A stretch of 64,000 nt of DNA from Macrostomum hystrix. Lineage: Eukaryota; Animalia; Platyhelminthes. Shown here piece after piece: positions 36,591 to 47,875 of this stretch. The first letter of the stretch is position 1. Each line of letters begins with the position of its first letter. The stretch covers positions 5,952,001-6,016,000 of the forward strand of contig CATNEN010000002.1 of assembly GCA_950097015.1 (NCBI GenBank), written 5' to 3'. Under the pieces are notes generated by a model, which saw only the letters and a program-made list of their open reading frames with translations, ran no database searches and was not told the DNA's origin. The translations under genes were made by a program, and so were the position numbers.

Positions 36591-39500
36591 TCATCGATCT
36601 CGCCGAGCATAACCTTCAAGAGGCGGCTCGACCATGATGTCAACGTAAATGATATCGTTTCTGACATACTCGTCAAGGCTGTCAACGCCAATTAACTCAG
36701 GAACCGAAGCAGCAACCAGGTCCTGCCCAGCGACCAGAATCTCCGTCGATTTAACTGTGACGAGCACATCGCGACGAAAATCCAACCGGTGCATGAGGCG
36801 GAAAGTGACTTCGGCGCCAGGTCGCCAGCACCGGTCTAATCGGCCGTCGTACTCGCCCTGGATGAGCACCAGCTGGACTGACACGTGGCTGCCCTCCACA
36901 CCGTCGCCGCCGTTGAGGAACAGTCGAACGCGGAACATGTAGCCGTACCGACTGGACACGAAGGGCGGCGAGAACAGAGAGGCCGGCGAGCCGCTCCTCG
37001 CCTCACTGCGCCTCGCGGCGACACCTGTCACCTTCCACGTCAGGCAGCCGTCGAATGAAGTCTGCTCAAGGATTTCAAATCGCAGCTCAATCGAGCGCAT
37101 CTGCTCAAGAATGCGAGCAGTGTCCGCGGTCGAGGCAGATTGCGCTGCCGCCACATTCGAAGGACCCGTCGACCCAGACGATCTGTCAGCTGCCTCCAGC
37201 TGTCGCAGCTTGTCGTCCATGTTCTTCAGCATGGTCTTGAAGGCGTTGTATCCGCCGAACGCCTTCATCAGCTCTTCCAGCTCCATTGTAGTCAGCGCCC
37301 AAGAGGCCACATTCGGCTGAAGACTCTTGAACTTGGAAAAGATGTTCATCGCCTTTCTCTCCTGCTCCTTCATTTCCTTAGTCAGCGTTTCCATAGAAAC
37401 TGGCGTGGCAGACACCGCAGAAGCCCCGACCGAGGCAGCGGCAGCAGCCCCAGAGGGGACGTTGAACGAGCTGAGTTGAGCGTTCGCTTTCAACCGTCGA
37501 TCGATCAGCTCCAGGTGCTTGTCAGCCTCATCAGAGAAGTGAGCTGGCAGCTCAGCAGCCGGTGCACAAAAGTCGCAGCCCAGGTGAGCGAACTTGCACT
37601 GCGTCGGCTTCAGGCGGCATTCGGTGAGGTGCTTGAGAAAGCTCTGCCGGTTGTACATGCCTTCGTGGCAGTGCGGACAGGGGCCCGTGAACTCCTGACA
37701 GCAGGCAATTGACTGAAGGCTCAGGTGCTCATTTTCCATCAGGTAGGCCACCACCTGAGAGTTAACAAAAAGTAATCAATGAACATTTGTAAGCATTGAA
37801 TACAGGTAAAATAAAAAAATATCCGTGTTCTGTCAGACAAGCTTTTTAGTACCTGCACTCAAGTTACATTGAGGCATTGAATAACAAACAAAGCGAAGAA
37901 ATAATTAGAAAGTTGCAATCTATTGACGCACACGATGGAGAATCCCTGGAAAATTTGTTCTCGAGCTTGACCAACCTGCTTAGAGACTCAGCGGCAGAAA
38001 GCTGCGCAAAGACAATCATTCCGAATAAGTTCTGGACAAATAGAGATGAGACCCTAAGAAACTTGAGCAAATCATTAAAGTACGTGGCCAGGAAAAAAAG
38101 ACGTAGACCAACTGACAGCGCGCTGGCATCAGAATATAATGGGCTAGCGAAAAAATACAAACAACAGCTCAAGAAACTTAAGCAGATGGACATAAATGAC
38201 TGCATTCAGAAAATGGCGGCCAACGGAACCTCAAAGGGATTCTGGTCCGGTCTTAGAAGAGCAGAAGAGTTGCTGTTCCCCAGCAAGCGACTTAACAGAT
38301 CTCAAGCCCCAATCGCTGACATCGCGGACAACCTAACCAAAGTATTTAACGCACATCCTTCTTCGGGAACCCAGCCGCATCGCACAGATGAAGCAGTTAG
38401 TCCTGAAGATTTAATTAGCTGCGTAGATCTCGATAGAGCAGTTAAAAAGCTAAAGAGAAGAAAGGCTGCAGGAATAGATGGTATAACAAATGAGCTCATT
38501 ATCTACGGACAAGAGATGCTATAACCCGTACTTCTGAAGCTATTTAACTAAAGCGTAAGACTTGGCCAAACTCCTGCACAGTGGTCAAATGCCCCAATCA
38601 CACCGATTTATAAAAAGGGATCCCGTAGTGACCCCAAAAACTACAGACCCATAAGCGTGCTGCCTGCCCTGGCTCGCCTGTTTGCCTCACTTATCTATGA
38701 AAAGCTAGAAACTCATATTCGCACCCTCGACTTGCTTTCAGCCAGTCAAATAGGAAATAGAAAGGGCTACCGAACTTCAGACCACATTGCCACTCTCTTG
38801 ACGTTGATCCACAACAAAAAGCGTCGCAAAAGGCCATTTCACTTAGTGTTCTTTGACTTAAAAAGCGCATTTGACATGGTCCACCATCCAACACTTTTCC
38901 AACGACTTAGGGAGTTAAAGGTCAGCCCAGAAATAATCGAAGCAATACAAAGCATGTACTCAGGAGCTAAATTCCAACTGAAGATCTCAGATGGCCAAGC
39001 AACTAAGGCAAGGAGCATAACAAATGGAGTAAGACAAGGCTGTCCCCTATCCCCTCTACTCTTCTCACTATATATAGATCCTTTGAGCACAATGCTAAGG
39101 GATTCATTTCGCAGCGACACCTTCATTAAAGATGAACAAATCAACAACTTGCTATACTGCGATGATTTAGTGATCTTTGGAGAGAATCCTCGAGAGTTGC
39201 AGAAGGGCCTCGATAAAGTGTCAGAATTTTGTCAGAGCCACAAGCTAGAAATCAATATGCAAAAAACTAAGGTTATTAGCTGCTGCCCTGACCCATCAAA
39301 GACGGCTAACAAACTATTTCTGCAGGGACAACTGTCAGATAGCGTCAAAGAATGGAAATATCTTGGCTTTCACATCAATGCTAAAGGAACCGTGGATTCC
39401 CATGCTACAGAGATTAACAAAAAATGTGGATATCCTATTCTTCTCTTAAGGAAATTAGCTAGCCATGGGGCGGTCAGATACAATCAGCTCATGCTGTACT

Positions 39501-41438
39501 GCACAGCAATGATAGAAAGCATAGCTCTGTACGCCTCCGAGGCCTGGGGGGCTTTTGTCTCGTGGAACCTGGGTCCTTGGGACCGCTGTCTTTTTGAAAG
39601 AGTAAACATCAGGTGCTGTAAAGCCATACTACAAGTCAGCCAAAATACGGATGGCAACGGGGCCCGCTCGGAGTTAGGCAGATTGCCTTTATTATACAAC
39701 ATCCAGAAAAGAAGCATTTCGTACTGGGCCTCCATAACAAGCCGGCCGGACTCCATAGTTTTCAAGTTATTGGCGGACCAAACATACAGTGATGTTGGAA
39801 TCAAAGCAAAGACCAACAATGAGGTTATGCTGAACTGCAGAGGCATTAGTCCCGCAAAAGCAATTAAAACCACAGGTAAAATTTCGTTTCTCAGTTCGAT
39901 ACCCATTGGAGACAAAGGACACAGAACTCAAGCAAGCTAAGTCACTTCTATTACTCCTTCAAGCAATATTATTCAGCCGAAAAATATTTACAACAAATAT
40001 ACAACCCGGAGTGGAGACGTACCATATCCTCGTTTAGACTAGGAAACCATAAGCTAGCTTGCGAAACATTGCGAACTGCGAGACCGAAAATTCCGTATGT
40101 AAATAGATTATGTAGTAAGTGCAAAACAGAAGTTGAAAACGAGGTCCACTTCCTTTTTAAGTGCACTTGGAATAAATATAGCGCAGCACGTTCGAAATTT
40201 GAGACGGAAGTTTCTGGGAAAACACCCAATTTCATATCCTTAACAGCAGAAGAAAAATCTAACTACATAATGGCTCAAGACGATTGGGAAACCGCTGAAG
40301 CTTTAGCAAAATACATCATAGAAATATCTAAAATAAGGGAACAGCTGCCCTGAGACTACGAGATCTTACTAGCATTCAACAATAGATATTTCATATTTTG
40401 TTTTTTCCCTGGCGTCCCTTGTGTTTTTACTGCTCTTATTTTTAATACCTTTGCTTTCCCTTCCCAGCTCGATATTTGATTCCTACAAACTTCGCTTTTT
40501 ATGTTGCTTTTCGTTGTTCATTTAAATGTGTTGTTAAAAAATATATATAAAAAAAAATCAGCACACATAGATGGTGTGCGCGTTTTAATAATAATAATAA
40601 TAATATCTTTCCTAATATTGAGAATTCAAGACGGGAAACTGGCGGCACTACTACTATTGTAGTAGTGTAGAAAGAAAATGGTTTTAAAGGTTTAAAATAT
40701 TTGCGGTGCTGGAATTCCGCATCTAGAGCCATTATTTACAATACTATTTATAGTTCATGCACTTCTTCATAAAAAGGCCTGAACCAGCAAAACGTATACA
40801 TTAAAGAGCTAATATTTTATCGGACAGGTAATGAAATTGCACACATCGACTCCCTTTGTGGAATCTCATTCCGTATTTGACACGTAGAATTTTTTTCCGA
40901 ATAAGAATTTAATCAGAAGAACAGACTTACAATCGCTGATTACCTGCACCCTGCAGCTTTCGCAGGTGACGAGTCTCTGTCTGCACTGATTTCTCATGTG
41001 CTCTTCCATCTCTCTCTTTAGTTTTTTCTCCCCGCACAGGTCGCATTGCAGCTTTTCAAATTCGCACTCTGCTAGATGGGCCTCCGCCTGTCGCCATGCA
41101 AACTGGGCACGGCAACCGTCGGCCTTATTAGGACATGACACCTTCAACTTTCCGATATCCCGACGAGAAGCAATGTCCGGAAAGCAGGAAGCCTGAGAGA
41201 TGTAGATCTCCTCGTCCTGGTCTTTGCAGGCCTCTGTTCTGCCAGGACAGATGACCTTGTCCTGAGCTGGTAGGCTGTCGAAGCAGTTCTGGCAGAGGCG
41301 GCATCCGTGCGGTGTCTGGAATGAGTTGACGACCGGCTTGGCGCAGCTGCTGCACTGCAGATGGCTGGGCAAGCCGCTCTCATCGACCAGGGCGGCTGCT
41401 AGGGCGCGAGGGGGCAGCACCAGGCTGGCTGTCGACAT
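36591..41438 (-). CDS. TRAF (TRAF2/3-like) copy 1: RING, TRAF zinc fingers, coiled coil, MATH; ~552 aa
   Basis: Exon 1 is 41438-40944 and exon 2 is 37754-36591. RING-like CSSC...HGCRLCQNC...C, zinc fingers, and TRAF-C GCLTWKV...FSPPFVSSRYGYMFRVRLFLNG...QGEYD. The 3.2-kb intron carries a LINE. Confidence 0.85.
37861..40605 (+). mobile_element. 5'-truncated non-LTR retrotransposon (LINE); RT pseudogene with C-terminal CCHC and (TAA)n tract
   Basis: KAAGIDGITNE, NYRPISVL, FFDLKSAFD, GVRQGCPLSPLLF, YCDD, WKYLG and RLCSKC...ENEVHFLFKC. Two in-frame stops near 38522-38550 and a frameshift near 39900. No endonuclease domain present. Clade not determined. Confidence 0.92.
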
Positions 41439-42283
41439 GATTTTATAAGAACCTTATGGCCAGCTTGATGTCAATAATATTTCTCCTCGGACAAGGTTCT
41501 ACGTTAATTTAAGTACAGTAATTTAAAAAGAATTAAACAACCAGCGACACTAAAAGAATAGTGTGCAGTACAAGGTAGTTCCTGCTGTAGCACAGTAAGT
41601 AGGTACTATGGCTTGTAAAATGCTCGCAGTATTGGCGTCCACATTTTACGTTTTCTATTTAAAGTACCTAAATTTTGACCTACAATTTCTCAACGCTGTT
41701 AAAAAGCTAACTCACAGCTGTCAGCCAACAACTGCCGCTATGGCGATAGTAGGGTTTCTTCGTGCATTATAAAATCTAACTGGTGACGTAATTGCTTTCT
41801 TAGTGAACAACTCTTTGTGTACAATATTGTCTTTTCTGGCTTCTGAAAGACGGAACTACTGCATTTACAGTAGAAAATACAGGCAACCAGGTGCTACTGA
41901 AACACAGCGCTCTGTAGATGCATGAGAAACGAAGTAGTTCCTAATACGAATAATAGAACCTTCGGCTTGGTACCTTATAGGCGACGCAGTATACAAAGCT
42001 AGCTTTTGTGGGTCTTACATTATGAAGCCAATTTGGTTGGGCTATACGTACTCCATGCTGTCTGGTGACATTGCGCGACTGTTTTAAAATTGCACCTCTC
42101 CAGTATGCCCCACCCAATTTCATTTAGAAGCTCTGAAACAAATAATAATTTTGAACTCATGTCTGACATTGTTAGTAGTTATCATCGTTACAGATCTGAC
42201 CGATGAAACAGATTTTGCCTGACAAATAAGAAATCTTTAACACAGCAAAGTCGATGCGATAGTTCAGTTGCATGGCTGTAGAG

Positions 42284-42857
42284 CAGGGGTAGGCAAACTT
42301 ATTAGCTGGCGGGCCAAAGAGAGAGCCTAAAAGATGACAGCGGGCCGCATTGACTGTATAAATATGAGATAGGGGAGAGATGAGACACAGGAAAGATGGG
42401 ACACGAGAGAGATGAGACACGGGAGAGATTAGACACGGGAGAGATTAGACACGGGAGAGATTACACGGGGGAAATTAGATACGGGAGAGATGAGACACGG
42501 GAGAGATAAGATAGGGAAGAGATTAGACACGGGAGAGATTACACGGGGGGAGATTAGATACGGGAGAGATGAGACACGGGAGAGATAAGATAGGGAAGAG
42601 ATTAGACACGGGAGAGATTACACGGGGGAGATTAGATACGGGAGAGATGAGACACGGGAGAGATAAGATAGGGAAGAGATTAGACACGGGAGAAATTAGA
42701 CACGGGAGAGATTAGATACGAGAGCGATGAGACACGGGAGAGATTAGACACGAGAGAGATGAAACAGGACACTGTAGATGTCAGAAGGGGCAACGGGCCG
42801 GATTTGGGAGCTTCGAGGGCCGCATCTGGCCCGCGGGCCGGAGTTTGCCGACCCCTG
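42284..42857 (-). mobile_element. hAT (Charlie-like) MITE, second copy
   Basis: TIRs CAGGGGTAGGCAAAC / GTTTGCCGACCCCTG with a perfect 8-bp TSD CTGTAGAG. Internal GGGAGAGATTAGACAC repeats. Confidence 0.92.
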
Positions 42858-43729
42858 CTGTAGAGGGTGACGATCGTACAGGAAAGTATGGTTTTATGTA
42901 GTGAAAATCTTATATTAAAAAGGCCTGCAAAGGACCTAACAGTTTTTATGGAGCCAATATAAATAAAAGGTTCTAAAATGTATGATAATATAAAGAGTAC
43001 AGAAGCAAACCAAAAACCATAATTAAAATGGACTTAACAGTCGTACTAATAAATTAAGGAAATCCGTGTTAGAAATCAAATTCAAACTTTCATATTGATA
43101 GTTAATCATCATATAGAGGCGTTTTGGGAAATCAAATCAAGAAATAAAACAAATGTTAGGTCGATTACTGTGATAAATAGATTGTCAGACGGAACAGTCA
43201 AACATGTTATGAATCTCCATTTGACACCTGACACAAAAGCTGATGCTGATATATTTCATCTCATATCAGCTCATGCAACACGAGCCATATTATACACTGG
43301 GTGCACTAATTCACGCAGTGAAATTTCTAATTTGAGTTTCATTTCGATTTTTTATTTAATGACAATCATTCATTCGTACGAGTATTTCACTTAACAAAAC
43401 CAACAATTAGAGAAATTTGATAACGTGTTAAAACGAACTTAAAGCGTGGGAAAAATAAATATTAATATATATAATATGAAATATATATAAGCGTTCTAGT
43501 AACAAGTAATGAAAATTAAAGAAATAAATTTCTAGGTTTTTGTTATTCCGAATATGTTAGAACACTAAATATCTACTCGTAAATTTAGCGAGAAGGCATA
43601 ATTTGAACAAGATGCTGGGTTAAGAAAAAACATTTTCTCTTCATTTTTTTCGTGTTGGTGTTGAGATGTCAGGTGAAGAAGAGATACATTAAAAAATTTC
43701 TTTACTTTGAATTCCCTAAATCCACAGCA

Positions 43730-45494
43730 TCATCTCCGCCGACCCCGCCGACCCGTCTCGCTTGGACGCGGTTCCACCTCGGTCTCCAGGTACAAGCAAT
43801 CGTTTCTCACATACTTTTCTTCGAGCTGGTCGATTTTCATAAGCCTCGGTATCGACGCATAAACCGTCAAATCATTAGGGCCGGGTGGACGTTGTGCATT
43901 AAGAGATACCTTGGCCACCAGGTCCTCTGAGCGATTTCTTGAATGCATGAGGCGGAAGGTGACGTCCGCTACGAGCGGCCATTCCTGGACATCGTCGTAC
44001 TCGCCCTGAATGAGCACCAGCTGGACTGACACGTGGCTGCCCTCGACACCGTCGCCGCCGTTGAGGAACAGTCGAACGCGGAACATGTAGCCGTACCGCC
44101 TGGACACGAAGGGCGGCGAGAACAGAGAGGCCGGCGAGCCGCTCCTCGCCTCACTGCGCCTCGCGGCGACACCTGTCACCTTCCACGTCAGGCAGCCGTC
44201 GAATGAAGTCTGCTCAAGGATTTCAAATCGCAGCTCAATCGAGCGCATCTGCTCAAGAATGCGAGCAGTGTCCGCGGTCGAGGCAGATTGCGCTGCCGCC
44301 ACATTCGAAGGACCCGTCGACCCAGACGATCTGTCAGCTGCCTCCAGCTGTCGCAGCTTGTCGTCCATGTTCTTCAGCATGGTCTTGAAGGCGTTGTATC
44401 CGCCGAACGCCTTCATCAGCTCTTCCAGCTCCATTGTAGTCAGCGCCCAAGAGGCCACATTCGGCTGAAGACTCTTGAACTTGGAAAAGATGTTCATCGC
44501 CTTTCTCTCCTGCTCCTTCATTTCCTTAGTCAGCGTTTCCATAGAAACTGGCGTGGCAGACACCGCAGAAGCCCCGACCGAGGCAGCGGCAGCAGCCCCA
44601 GAGGGGACGTTGAACGAGCTGAGTTGAGCGTTCGCTTTCAACCGTCGATCGATCAGCTCCAGGTGCTTGTCAGCCTCATCAGAGAAGTGAGCTGGCAGCT
44701 CAGCAGCCGGTGCACAAAAGTCGCAGCCCAGGTGAGCGAACTTGCACTGCGTCGGCTTCAGGCGGCATTCGGTGAGGTGCTTGAGAAAGCTCTGCCGGTT
44801 GTACATGCCTTCGTGGCAGTGCGGACAGGGGCCCGTGAACTCCTGACAGCAGGCAATTGACTGAAGGCTCAGGTGCTCATTTTCCATCAGGTAGGCCACC
44901 ACCTGAGAGTTAACAAAAAGTAATCAATGAACATTTGTAAGCATTGAATACAGGTAAAATAAAAAATATCCGTGTTCTGTCAGACAAGCTTTTTAGTACC
45001 TGCACTCTGCAGCTTTCGCAGGTGACGAGTCTCTGTCTGCACTGATTTCTCATGTGCTCTTCCATCTCTCTCTTTAGTTTCTTCTCTCCGCACAGGTCGC
45101 ATTGCAGCTTTTCAAATTCGCACTCTGCTAGATGGGCCTCCGCCTGTCGCCATGCAAACTGGGCACGGCAACCGTCGGCCTTATTAGGACATGACACCTT
45201 CAACTTTCCGATATCCCGACGAGAAGCAATGTCCGGAAAGCAGGAAGCCTGAGAGATGTAGATCTCCTCGTCCTGGTCTTTGCAGGCCTCTGTTCTGCCA
45301 GGACAGATGACCTTGTCCTGAGCTGGTAGGCTGTCGAAGCAGTTCTGGCAGAGGCGGCATCCGTGCGGTGTCTGGAATGAGTTGACGACCGGCTTGGCGC
45401 AGCTGCTGCACTGCAGATGGCTGGGCAAGCCGCTCTCATCGACCAGGGCGGCTGCTAGGGCGCGAGGGGGCAGCACCAGGCTGGCTGTCGACAT
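43730..45494 (-). CDS. TRAF (TRAF2/3-like) copy 2, ~555 aa
   Basis: Exon 1 is 45494-45000, a 97-nt GT-AG intron follows, and exon 2 is 44902-43730. Same domains as copy 1; TRAF-C ends GEYDDVQEWPL...YVRNDCLYLETEV. Confidence 0.9.
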
Positions 45495-47204
45495 GATTTT
45501 ATAAGAACCTTATGGCCAGCTTGATGTCAATAATATTTCTCCTCGGACAAGGTTCTACGTTAATTTAGGTACTGACATAGTAGTGAATAATTAAACAACC
45601 AGCGACACTGAAAATAATTGTGTACAGCAAAAGGTAGTTCCTGATGTACCACAGTAAGTAGGTAGTATGGATTGTTAAATACTCGCAGTTTTTGCGTCCA
45701 CATTTTGCATTTTCTATTTAAACGTTGCTAATTTTGACCTACAATTTCTCAACGCTGTTATGAAGCAAACTCACAGCTGTCAGCCAACAACTGGCGATAG
45801 AAGGGTTCTTTGTGCATTATAAAATCTAACTGGCAGTGATTTAAGATATGACTATGGCTGAAATAACATGACAGACTAATTTTCGGATTCCTAACCGTGA
45901 GTTCTTATCTTGAGCCTGCAGTGCATAGACTGTACAGCTTTAGTGGTAAACAGCGTTTTGAAGCGCTTGCGACTGTACATGCGGCGCAAACGGTCAGGTA
46001 TGATTCGAATTATTCTATTAACAACTGGGCAATCTCATGTACCAACTTTTTCCTTTTCTTTATCACCTAAAATATCCAGCCAATGCCATGAAATACCACC
46101 TTAGTCTTTCTACTGCTAGCTGATAATCTACGCTATATATAAATATTACTGTATAGTGATACATATCATAATTAACAAAGGCGAACGCGTACAGACAAGG
46201 CTATTACTAGTTGGCCAGTTTTTATATGATAGATTCACGTGTTAGTGAATACCAATTCGCCTTATCAAGCAGAGCAGAAGCAAGTAACACAACCAGAAGC
46301 TTAGAATGCATATAGAACAGTAGCACTACAGACTCGGGAATCTAGACAGTGTACTATTTATATGATCTATAAATATATGATCTATGGCCTATGAAAGTTA
46401 AGAGTTAGAAACATACCTACATCAGGGATTGTGGCACAAGTGGTCAAGGTGCAAAAGTTTATGACTGTGCGTTGTGCAACCTGAATGCTAGTGCATTTAG
46501 ATTTATTCATAAAAGTACTCAAAAAACGATGAGTCATCTTATAGACTGAACTCTAATAGATAAATTGATTGACAAACACCTCATCCTTGGTACCTCCGCT
46601 GTTAAGAATTACTGATCAGTCAGTGTGGCAAAGAAAAGAAATTGCAGATAGTTGTCATATTGGACTATAATACAATGAGAATGTTTCTTAGAAACAGTGC
46701 AGAATTTTCGCCGAAAAAATACACTACGGAGATAGGACATTTTCATCATTCTGCACATACTCAAAAACTTGTCTTTTTTATATTAATTTCCTTATTTATA
46801 GCTTTATCGATTTCTGTCAAACTATACACCAAGCTCCCGATCCTGAAGCGAAAAATACTTAGAAATAAGCTTTTTGTTTTATCTATTCTTTGATCAGTAA
46901 TTTAATTAATTTAGTAATATTACTTTTGTAGTGAGCCACAGCTTAGGGGCCTATTGGTGTCTCACTAGCTGTCAGTAGCCCCACCTGCAAGGTAGCTTAG
47001 GTGCCCCGTTTGCTGGCATTGAGTGACTGCCCTGCCCTCCCTTCTCTGGCGCTGTCCGGTCTGTCCCTCCCTGCCCCTCCCCGACCGCAACTGCACTTTG
47101 AGTGCGCTGTCTCTTCCCGCCAGGGACGAGTCATCGCCTCTTTGTCCCGCGCTGGCTTCGCTGCTCCCGGTCCCCTTCTCTGTGTGCGCTTGCCTGCTCT
47201 CAGT

Positions 47205-47410
47205 CAGCACGTGATTCTCCTAACGTGACTGGCCTCTCTTTGTTCTCTAAAAGTGCACGTAAACATGTTTACTGCACTTGGGGCTTCGATTATGAGTCCG
47301 AGCCTACGTAGGAGTGACGTTTTCGGCGCCACTGACGTCAGTTGCTAATTATAGAAACCACGTGATTCCATCTCGTGCTTTTTGACTTTACACTGTCCCT
47401 GCCTATAAAA
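47205..47410 (+). promoter_or_regulatory. Cluster of ACGT-core motifs (E-box CACGTG, CRE TGACGTCA) followed by TATAAAA
   Basis: Motifs are directly visible; function is unknown. Confidence 0.35.
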
Positions 47411-47875
47411 GAATCTCCGCTCCTCTGGTCCTCAAAAGCGGCTCTCCCTGCCGCTATCCCCGCATTGGAGTCCGCCGGATCCCGCAGTGTTAGCAGGAGG
47501 ACCGGTATAACACTTATAAAAAGCACTTTTGACTCTAGCCTTATGACTTATTTATTGTATGCTCACACTGATAATCTTATTAATATTGGTCTAGCTAGTT
47601 AAGAAAATAGTATGAAGCTTAGCTTTTCAGGATAAAGCATTATAAGATTCGTTGGAGCAACATGTTAGTTGTTAGGTAAGTTATATAAAAATAGAATTTT
47701 GGGATCTGCTCACTAATAAAAACGATAAATTTTAGATATGAAAAAGTGAAAATCTGTTATCTCCGTAGTGCATTTTTGGGCGAAAACCAGCCTCCTAAAC
47801 TTTTTCTAAGAAACAGTTTCCCGTCCATCTACTCCTAGTGGCCATTGAGAATAACATAAAGCGGGCTGATCATCA

